DNA of 64,000 nucleotides from a virus (Duplodnaviria; Caudoviricetes): IMG/VR virus record IMGVR_UViG_3300024346_000005. The stretch is one strand, 5' to 3'. Under the pieces are notes generated by a model. That model ran no database searches, was not told the origin of the DNA, and saw nothing but the letters and a program-made list of their open reading frames with translations. Every line of letters begins with the position of its first letter. Position 1 is the first letter of the stretch. Positions 57,451 to 64,000 of this stretch are shown here, one piece after another. The translations under genes were made by a program, and so were the position numbers.

Positions 57451-57492
57451 AGGTTTGTCCCCGTTGAAGATGAGACTTTAATCCACTTAAAG

Positions 57493-57549
57493 AACCGTCC
57501 ACTGGGGGTCTTCACAGGACCCCTTTTTTGTTGTATAATTATATAAATA
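57493..57549 (+). promoter_or_regulatory. Early-type promoter/stem-loop element plus late promoter
   Basis: AACCGTCCAC, then GGGGTC-TTCACAG-GACCCC-T6 and TATAAT 57534-39, then TATAAATA 57542-49. Confidence 0.6.
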
Positions 57550-57573
57550 ATAATATGGTAGGTTTCGCCACTT

Positions 57574-58116
57574 ATGTATTATACTTACGCATATCTAAGA
57601 GAAGATAAGACTCCATATTATATTGGTAGAGGAAAACATCATTCTGGATACAAATATCATAGAATGACTCAAAAACATACTTGCGGTATACCTCCACAAG
57701 AAAGAAGATTAATCTTAAAAGATAATCTATCAAAAGAGCAAGCAATCAAACACGAAGAATATATGATTGACTTGTTTGGTTTAGTTTGGGATGAAACTGG
57801 GGTATTAAGAAATCACGTTAGAGATAGTCGTGGTGGTAGTTGCAAAGGTAGAAAGCTTTCAGAGGAAACTAAACAAAAAATATCTGCTGCTATGAAAAAT
57901 AAATGGCAAAGTGGTCTTTATGATACTGATGAATATAGAAATAAAATATCAGAAAGTAATAGAAAAAATCCAAGAGTCAAACAACATAGTGAAGAAACAA
58001 AAGAAAAACAAAAAAAGGCAAGCACCGGAAGACCTCAAAGCGAAGAGACTAAGCAAAAAAGGTCTGAAAGTATAAAAAGGTGGTGGACAGAAAAAAAACT
58101 GGCACAAGACCCTTGA
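57574..58116 (+). mobile_element. Free-standing GIY-YIG-family homing endonuclease with NUMOD3 repeats
   Basis: YYTYAYLREDKTPYYIGRG, LSEETKQKIS, HSEETKEK and QSEETKQKRS. Same family as 49236. Confidence 0.8.
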
Positions 58117-58141
58117 GTTTTGCCAGAAAGTGCCTTATAAT
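58097..58141 (+). promoter_or_regulatory. Early promoter with AACTGGCACA upstream motif
   Basis: AACTGGCACA 58097-106, TTGAGT 58113-18, 17 nt, TATAAT 58136-41. Confidence 0.75.
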
Positions 58142-58157
58142 ATGAGTATTGAATTGA

Positions 58158-59432
58158 TTGATGATGTTCCAACTCCGTCCTCACCAACAAACTGCTATGG
58201 ATGCTCTCTCGCAGCATTCTAAAGGTATTGTCGTGATGCCAACAGGCGGCGGTAAAACTAATGTAGGTATTTTCGATGCTGTTCGCCAATTCCAGTCTAA
58301 CATCTCAAAGACAATTGTAGTTGTTAGTCCTCGTATTTTGCTTGCTGAACAGTTGTCTTCTGAGTATCTTGAGTTTATCACTAATGCTAATGTTCTTCAT
58401 ATTCACTCCGGAGAAACTAGGCATTTTAGCACCACGAAACCTAATGTAATTCGTAATTGGTACGAGCAGGCACAAGGTCACAAACTTATCTTCACCACCT
58501 ATAACTCTCTACAGCAACTACAAAGGGCAGAAATCACCGTTGATACAATTTATATGGATGAGGCACATAATTCTATTCAACGTCACTTCTTCCCTGCGGT
58601 AGAGTATTTCAGTGCAGAGGCAGAGCGTTGTTTCTTCTTTACTGCCACCCCAAAATACAGCAATGTAATTGGTAAGGCAGGTATGAATGATACTGAGGTC
58701 TACGGTAGCATCATCGCTAAGGTTCCTGCTCCTCAATTGGTTCAGAACGGTTACATCATTCCTCCTAAGGTGATTTGCAAGCAGATGCGACTTTCGGTCA
58801 AGGGTGAGGACATCGCTCAACGGGACTGTGAGTATCTACTTGACCTTATCCTTAATCCCAAGCAGGTTACTGTAACTGAGGGTTTGGTTGATTACTCAAA
58901 CTCTGTTGATAAAGTCCTGATTTGTGCCAAGGCAACCAAGCACATTATTGGTCTGCTTTCCGAAACTGACTTTGCCGAACAACTGGCAGAGGAAGGTTAT
59001 TCTGTGATGCACATTACTTCCAAGCACGGTGCCTTTATTGATGGTGATAAAGTCAATCGTGAGGTATTCTTTGATACTCTCAACGAGTGGGGTAAGGATG
59101 CCGACAAGAAGTTTGTGGTTCTTCATCACAGCATTCTGGCAGAAGGCATTAACATCTCTGCTCTGGAAGCGGTTGTGTTTATGCGTTCTATGGACATCGT
59201 AGGTATCGGTCAAACGGTCGGTAGGACGCTGCGTCTTCACCCCCAGGATGCCGCTGGAATCCGCTCTGGTGCCCTTGTGGCAGGTGCTCTGGACTCCTAC
59301 ACCAAATCCTATGGTCTGGTGATTTGCCCGACCTTTGACAAGGCATCTACGGGCACGGCACAGAAGGTTCAGAACGTGATGGACATTATCTTCCAGAAGG
59401 GGGATGTGGCAATCAGCACGATCAATCGCTGA
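58158..59432 (+). CDS. Superfamily II (DEAD/DEAH-like) helicase
   Basis: LRPHQ Q-motif, PTGGGKT, DEAH, TATP, ILAEGINI and Q.VGR.LR. Confidence 0.9.
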   Translation: MMMFQLRPHQQTAMDALSQHSKGIVVMPTGGGKTNVGIFDAVRQFQSNISKTIVVVSPRILLAEQLSSEYLEFITNANVLHIHSGETRHFSTTKPNVIRNWYEQAQGHKLIFTTYNSLQQLQRAEITVDTIYMDEAHNSIQRHFFPAVEYFSAEAERCFFFTATPKYSNVIGKAGMNDTEVYGSIIAKVPAPQLVQNGYIIPPKVICKQMRLSVKGEDIAQRDCEYLLDLILNPKQVTVTEGLVDYSNSVDKVLICAKATKHIIGLLSETDFAEQLAEEGYSVMHITSKHGAFIDGDKVNREVFFDTLNEWGKDADKKFVVLHHSILAEGINISALEAVVFMRSMDIVGIGQTVGRTLRLHPQDAAGIRSGALVAGALDSYTKSYGLVICPTFDKASTGTAQKVQNVMDIIFQKGDVAISTINR

Positions 59433-59476
59433 ACTGGCACAGGGGGTTGATCAACGGACCCCTTTCCTGCTATAAT
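59432..59476 (+). promoter_or_regulatory. Early promoter/stem-loop element
   Basis: AACTGGCACAGGGGGTTGATCAACGGACCCCTTTCCTGCTATAAT. Confidence 0.8.
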
Positions 59477-59497
59477 ACTCTGAGATTTAAAATCATT

Positions 59498-60100
59498 ATG
59501 ACGAAACCAATTTTAACTCCAACTGAATATGATGCACTTTGTAACATTCTTGAATGGGCATGGACTTCTCTTCATCAAGAACCAGAACTTTGTTTAAAAG
59601 ATATTAACTATTCTTCTGCATCAAAGGTAGTTAAACAAGAGCGCACTGAAGCGGAACCAGATAATGGATTGAGTCCAAGTCTTTATACAGAATATGAACC
59701 AACTGGTGTAGATCCAATCAAAACTGGTGAGTGTGGTCTTGGACTTGCAGAAGCATTTGAATATACTTTAGAAGAACCAAATGCGGATAATATTCATACT
59801 ATGATTACCACCTTGATGTATAAGTTGAACTGTAATCCTTGTCTTGCAAATGGTCTTGGTAATACTTGGGAAAATCTTGCACCTCTTGTAGATAATAACG
59901 AACGAGATCGTTTAGAAAATATTGGTGATGATCCAGATGTTACAACACAAACACTTGAAGGGTATGTTGTTGAAGATATTAGTTTGAAGAATAAGGTTTC
60001 CCGACTTCAAGAATACTTTGATGATGTAGGTGAAAATGGTCTTATTCAATTAGATGATAATCTTTGGATTGATGGTAGAAATTCCGATATTTTTCCCTGA
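59498..60100 (+). CDS. Hypothetical early protein (acidic)
   Basis: The track start (TTG 59447) lies inside the promoter; the first ATG after the -10 box is at 59498. Confidence 0.65.
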   Translation: MTKPILTPTEYDALCNILEWAWTSLHQEPELCLKDINYSSASKVVKQERTEAEPDNGLSPSLYTEYEPTGVDPIKTGECGLGLAEAFEYTLEEPNADNIHTMITTLMYKLNCNPCLANGLGNTWENLAPLVDNNERDRLENIGDDPDVTTQTLEGYVVEDISLKNKVSRLQEYFDDVGENGLIQLDDNLWIDGRNSDIFP

Positions 60101-60111
60101 GACAATCGCTG

Positions 60112-60155
60112 AACTGACACAGGGGGTTGACAAGGATTCCTTTTTGGTATATGAT
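60112..60155 (+). promoter_or_regulatory. Early promoter with AACTGACACA motif
   Basis: AACTGACACA 60112-21, TTGACA 60127-32, 17 nt, TATGAT 60150-55. Confidence 0.8.
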
Positions 60156-60204
60156 ACTCATATGCTCAATCAATTGATGGGCAATACACATCGCATTAAA
60201 CTAA

Positions 60205-61263
60205 ATGAAAAAAATTAAAGTTCACTCAGAGCAGGTTTTTCCTGTTCATCGTGTTGAGGTTACTTCTGAAGACGGACCTCAATACCCACTACTACAGTTA
60301 ATTGATGATAACTTCGTTCCACGATTAACTTCCAAAATCATTCCCACAACTGCCAATTATCCTCGAAAGACTGAACTTGCCAAGGGCAATCTGGATGTTC
60401 TGATCGCATCAACAAAGGAAGGATGGGCAGTAAGACAATGGCCATTTAGTGTATTTGTAGATGGCGATGGTAATGAGAGTTTGTTCGACCATCGACACCT
60501 TCTGAAGGCAGTAAAGGAAAACAACTATCACTCCGTTCCTGTTGCATTGTATGTGCGAAAGGATACTGGTAACGAACTTTACGACAATCTTTCTGACAAT
60601 TCTGCTTTAAGTTTGATGGGTTTGTATGCAAATGCAACGGATGGTACAGTAAATGCGGTTCAGAATGACTTTATCAACGTTGTGAAGTTGGTGATTGAAG
60701 ATGAGAGTCTTCCTCTGACTCGTGATGTTGTCGGGGAATTGCTAGATATCTGTGGCATTACTTCTCGGTATGCACATAAACCTGTCATCACGGCAATTGA
60801 AAATGCTATTCTGGATAGAAAGACTAAATCTACCAAGGTTTTTAACACTACCAAGGAAGAAATCAAGCAGTGGATTAAATCCAATCCGATGTTTGGTTCT
60901 AACAACTATTCCTCTGAAGATGGAGTTGCAACCCGACATAAGATTCTTGACTCCCAGTTCACTTATCGGTATGCTGGAGACATTCTCAAGTGGGCGATAT
61001 CTGCCTGGAGAAAGGGTGAAAAGGTTCGCGTAATCTGTAACAGCTACGCCGAGCACGAATCTGACATCGAAGCAGATCGCCAAGAGATTATCAAGGTTAT
61101 GGAAGAAGTGTTCCTCGGACCTATTAACTTCTACTGTGAGAAGATTCACGCACAGTTTGGTGGTATGATTACTCCTCCTACAGTGTCTCTTGATGAACTC
61201 CCGCTTGAATTGTGGGCAGCTCCTCAAATTGAAGGGGAAACTGAAGCAATTCAACTCCTCTGA
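60205..61263 (+). CDS. Hypothetical early protein, possible ParB/Srx-like N-terminal domain
   Basis: NYPR...L..L..S..EGW....P..V......LFDHRHLLKAV......VPV resembles the ParB/Srx DGxHR box. Confidence 0.5.
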   Translation: MKKIKVHSEQVFPVHRVEVTSEDGPQYPLLQLIDDNFVPRLTSKIIPTTANYPRKTELAKGNLDVLIASTKEGWAVRQWPFSVFVDGDGNESLFDHRHLLKAVKENNYHSVPVALYVRKDTGNELYDNLSDNSALSLMGLYANATDGTVNAVQNDFINVVKLVIEDESLPLTRDVVGELLDICGITSRYAHKPVITAIENAILDRKTKSTKVFNTTKEEIKQWIKSNPMFGSNNYSSEDGVATRHKILDSQFTYRYAGDILKWAISAWRKGEKVRVICNSYAEHESDIEADRQEIIKVMEEVFLGPINFYCEKIHAQFGGMITPPTVSLDELPLELWAAPQIEGETEAIQLL

Positions 61264-61274
61264 TCCACTTTCAT

Positions 61275-61318
61275 AACTGGCACAGGGGGTTTTCAACGGA
61301 CCCCTTTCCTGCTATAAT
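61275..61318 (+). promoter_or_regulatory. Early promoter/stem-loop element (near-copy of 59432)
   Basis: AACTGGCACAGGGGGTTTTCAACGGACCCCTTTCCTGCTATAAT. Confidence 0.8.
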
Positions 61319-61346
61319 ACACAAGTAACCAAAAGAGGAAACTCAA

Positions 61347-61481
61347 ATGAAGTATCGGGTGATTTTTATTGCCGGTAATCAACGCCAAACAGAAGAAGTA
61401 TATGCTAACAATCCTGCTGAGGCAAAAAAAGTTATTGAGGCACGAAATCTAAACGCCAGAGTTGTGAATGTCACATGCTGA
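61347..61481 (+). CDS. Small hypothetical protein (44 aa; not in ORF track)
   Basis: GAGGA RBS; MKYRVIFIAGNQRQTEEVYANNPAEAKKVIEARNLNARVVNVTC*. Confidence 0.65.
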   Translation: MKYRVIFIAGNQRQTEEVYANNPAEAKKVIEARNLNARVVNVTC

Positions 61482-61729
61482 CCCCTAACATACCAAATAC
61501 TCCCAATTATGATATTCTGAATAATAAACCTTCAGACCCTGCTGGTTATGTGACTAAAGACGGGAAATGGGCAGCAGTTCCTTGGGGTAATAAGTTCGTT
61601 ATTATCTGTAATGGCGAACAGGTTCATACCTCAAATAACCTCACAACTGCCAAGGACTACATTCAGAAAAAAGTTAAACAGACTCCACGAAAGCGTACTA
61701 CATCATCCAGTCTTGAGGAATATCTATGA
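61475..61729 (+). CDS. Hypothetical early protein
   Basis: Coupled ORF in the early cluster. Confidence 0.6.
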   Translation: MLTPNIPNTPNYDILNNKPSDPAGYVTKDGKWAAVPWGNKFVIICNGEQVHTSNNLTTAKDYIQKKVKQTPRKRTTSSSLEEYL

Positions 61730-61926
61730 AAAAACTTGTCTTTCTTCTTCCTCTTCTTTTCATTCAACCGGCATCGGCAAATGAAATGATGATTACTGTA
61801 AATGTGAATCGGGTTTGTGCCGCAATTGTGAACATTCCCTATGCCTCTGATAATTTTTCGGATGCTGAATTTCAAAAGTGGAAGAATTGTGTGGCATATC
61901 TTCGTCAGTTTGATGGAATTCAGTGA
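61726..61926 (+). CDS. Small protein with signal-peptide-like N-terminus
   Basis: MKKLVFLLPLLFIQPASA (A-x-A). ATGA overlap. Confidence 0.6.
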   Translation: MKKLVFLLPLLFIQPASANEMMITVNVNRVCAAIVNIPYASDNFSDAEFQKWKNCVAYLRQFDGIQ

Positions 61927-62129
61927 TGGAAGTATTTCAACAAACCTCTGATGCCCCATATAATCGTCATAACTACGAACTTGTCCTGAAAAGTGGCAAA
62001 ACCATATTTTTTGACGATTGGACGGGCGTTCAGGGGTATTGGTTCGTTCACAACCAAATCCCCGATTATTTGGATTATGTAAATGCCCTTGATAAAACTA
62101 AAAAGAAATCTAAGGCAGTCGGGTTCTAA
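61923..62129 (+). CDS. Hypothetical early protein
   Basis: Overlaps the upstream stop; ends with KGF-like AVGF. Confidence 0.6.
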   Translation: MMEVFQQTSDAPYNRHNYELVLKSGKTIFFDDWTGVQGYWFVHNQIPDYLDYVNALDKTKKKSKAVGF

Positions 62130-62156
62130 ATAGTGCCAATAAAGAGGTAATTTCAT

Positions 62157-62429
62157 ATGACACCTTTTCAATCTGCCTGTGTTGTAATATTCGGAATACT
62201 CGCATACCTGATATGGGTAGATGAAAATATTGCGATATATTTGACTCTTATCTTCAAAGTTATAAAAATCAATACCGAAAGAATGTTGTGGATGATAAGA
62301 CTTCATCCAAAAAATCCGATTACAAACCTGATGATGAAATGGAAGTATGAAAGACTCGCAAGAGAACTTCAGGCAGAAATGGAATGTAAAGCAACTGAAC
62401 TCAACAACAATAGCAAGATTATTGAGTGA
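62157..62429 (+). CDS. Hypothetical membrane protein
   Basis: GAGG RBS and a hydrophobic N-terminus. Confidence 0.55.
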   Translation: MTPFQSACVVIFGILAYLIWVDENIAIYLTLIFKVIKINTERMLWMIRLHPKNPITNLMMKWKYERLARELQAEMECKATELNNNSKIIE

Positions 62430-62544
62430 GCTTGAGGGAGTTTCATACTTACTTGATTGTATTGATGAAGAAGACTTTGAAACCATAACTCAACTCAAGA
62501 AAAAATACTATAAGATGTATTTTTCTATGCTAAAATCGGAATGA
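62347..62544 (+). CDS. Hypothetical protein (start uncertain)
   Basis: Fills the gap before the 62560 promoter but overlaps the previous ORF by 83 nt. Confidence 0.45.
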   Translation: MKDSQENFRQKWNVKQLNSTTIARLLSELEGVSYLLDCIDEEDFETITQLKKKYYKMYFSMLKSE

Positions 62545-62559
62545 CTAATCCAATTGAAG

Positions 62560-62604
62560 AACTGGCACAAGGCACTTGACCTTCCGAGTCAGGTGCCTTA
62601 TAGT
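62560..62604 (+). promoter_or_regulatory. Early promoter inside an inverted repeat
   Basis: AACTGGCACA 62560-69, TTGACC 62576-81, 17 nt, TATAGT 62599-604. The inverted repeat is AAGGCACTTGAC...GTCAGGTGCCTT. Confidence 0.78.
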
Positions 62605-62633
62605 ATATACATACAAATCCAAAGCGATGACCT

Positions 62634-63440
62634 ATGGAAATGAAAATCAAAGTAGTCAGTGATTTACATTTAGAGTGTTGTGAGCACGGGCACGGAGTTC
62701 CTGACCTTGGAGAAGGTGAGGTTCTGATTCTTGGTGGAGACATTCTTTGTGCTCGTCACTTTAAGAAGGATGGACCTCTTAAGAAAGTTTATAATGACTT
62801 TCTACAAAAGTGTGTAAAGAACTTTGATGAGGTTCTGTATCTTGCGGGAAATCACGAAGCATATGGATACAACTATGAAGGAACTTGGGATGTTCTTGCA
62901 GAGCATCTACCAAAGGAAATTCATCTTGTAGAAAATGACTTTGTAAAAATCAAGGACTGGGTATTTCTTGGGACAACTCTATGGACTGATTTTCGTAATG
63001 AAAATGCTCTAGAGATGATGGAGGCAGCACAGTGTATGAATGATTATAAAGTCATTCGTATTGGTTCTAACTATCGCAAACTAACTACTGATGATACTCT
63101 CAAGTTTCATAAGAATTCCAAACTATTCCTTCAACAAAAGTTGGAAGAGTTTAAGGATACTAAAACCTGGGTTCTTACCCATCACGGACCATCTTATCAA
63201 TCGGTTCATCCAAAATACCGAAGTTCTGGTATTGCAAATGGTGCTTATGTAAGTGACCTTGATGATTTGATTTTGAATAATCCTCAAATCAAATGCTGGA
63301 GTCACGGTCATACACACGAAAGTATGGATTATATGATTGGTAATTGTAGAGTTGTATGTAATCCTCGTGGTTATTACAACGGATACAATAATGCAGACCT
63401 GAACATTAACTTTGACCCTAACTTTGAGGTAGAACTATGA
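62634..63440 (+). CDS. Calcineurin-like metallophosphoesterase
   Basis: SDLHLE, GGDI, GNHE, THH.P, HGHTH and NPRGY. Confidence 0.92.
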   Translation: MEMKIKVVSDLHLECCEHGHGVPDLGEGEVLILGGDILCARHFKKDGPLKKVYNDFLQKCVKNFDEVLYLAGNHEAYGYNYEGTWDVLAEHLPKEIHLVENDFVKIKDWVFLGTTLWTDFRNENALEMMEAAQCMNDYKVIRIGSNYRKLTTDDTLKFHKNSKLFLQQKLEEFKDTKTWVLTHHGPSYQSVHPKYRSSGIANGAYVSDLDDLILNNPQIKCWSHGHTHESMDYMIGNCRVVCNPRGYYNGYNNADLNINFDPNFEVEL

Positions 63441-63619
63441 AAGTAAAAACACTTGTGATACTAGAACAAGCGATTGAAGAAGGTGTGCGGCGTGGTTATC
63501 GTCGTGCTCATAAGCATATTGAGAACCCGACTGAAGAGTCTATCTGTGACCATATTGAAGAGTGTGTAATGGCACAAATTTACGAATACTTTACCTTTGA
63601 GGACGAAACTTATGTCTGA
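63437..63619 (+). CDS. Small hypothetical protein
   Basis: ATGA overlap; ILEQAIEEGVRRGYRRAHKH. Confidence 0.65.
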   Translation: MKVKTLVILEQAIEEGVRRGYRRAHKHIENPTEESICDHIEECVMAQIYEYFTFEDETYV

Positions 63620-63809
63620 ACGCTCACAAGCATTTATGAACGCAGTATGGGATTGTAGGAACAATCAAGGTGCTGATACTGAAGAGAAACTGGTTTCTGC
63701 AATCCTACAAGTTGCCGCAGAAACTGTAAGGTTTTATAATGCTCAAGACAATTTGATTGTTCTGGATAAAAATGATATGCTACAACTCGCACAGGAACTT
63801 GACGAATAA
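63612..63809 (+). CDS. Small hypothetical protein
   Basis: ATG 63612 (MSERSQAF) is preferred to 63597. Confidence 0.6.
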   Translation: MSERSQAFMNAVWDCRNNQGADTEEKLVSAILQVAAETVRFYNAQDNLIVLDKNDMLQLAQELDE

Positions 63810-63827
63810 TCAAAGTCTTGCTATGAT
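63799..63827 (+). promoter_or_regulatory. sigma70-type promoter
   Basis: TTGACG 63799-804, 17 nt, TATGAT 63822-27. Confidence 0.6.
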
Positions 63828-63857
63828 AACTAAGTATCTGAACCACTTTGCCAATTT

Positions 63858-64000
63858 ATGATCAAACCCATTAAAGAAGAGTTTCCTCACGGAGATGGAT
63901 TTCCTATTAAAATAACTCATAAGGATGGTAAAGAACTAAAGGATTTCAAGACCTGCTATTTCCAGACCGAAGACCACGCTCAAAAGTACATTGCCCGTAA
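63858..64000 (+). CDS. Hypothetical protein, partial (runs off the window)
   Basis: MIKPIKEEFPHGDGFP...CYFQTEDHAQKYIAR, open to the window edge. Confidence 0.55.
   Translation, partial: MIKPIKEEFPHGDGFPIKITHKDGKELKDFKTCYFQTEDHAQKYIAR

Noticed and set aside
58158-59432. Type I/III restriction system
   Set aside because: Only a helicase core is present, with no methyltransferase, specificity subunit or nuclease motif nearby.

Overview
This window is a 64-kb segment of a T4-like myovirus whose gene content and order match cyanomyoviruses (Kyanoviridae-like). The host is inferred to be a cyanobacterium; no photosynthesis gene lies in the window. It has four zones. (1) 1-28.2 kb is a late-promoter-driven accessory island. 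It holds a 2091-aa fibre with about 63 tandem 17-aa repeats, two cassette-like lectin-fold paralogues and three paralogous 18-repeat Kelch-like proteins. These are interleaved with 3 glycosyltransferases, 2 sulfotransferases and 3 2OG-Fe(II)-oxygenase-like genes. (2) 28.2-35.9 kb carries a candidate ~97-nt sRNA, glutaredoxin, thyX, phoH, an exonuclease and gp33/59/32. (3) 35.9-57.4 kb carries baseplate/tail genes (gp53, 48, 2-like, 4, 54-like, 26, 51, tape-measure/hub-like, gp5), two atypical tRNAs and two large virion proteins. (4) 57.4-64 kb is an early region of small genes, each unit headed by a repeated promoter/stem-loop element. Three free-standing GIY-YIG homing endonucleases are present. 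The leading candidates for an undescribed system are the late-expressed adhesin plus modifying-enzyme island, a possible -1 frameshift fusing gp26 to gp51, the sRNA, and tRNAs with an inverted A54/U58 T-loop. All family calls come from motifs read by eye; no database search was run.
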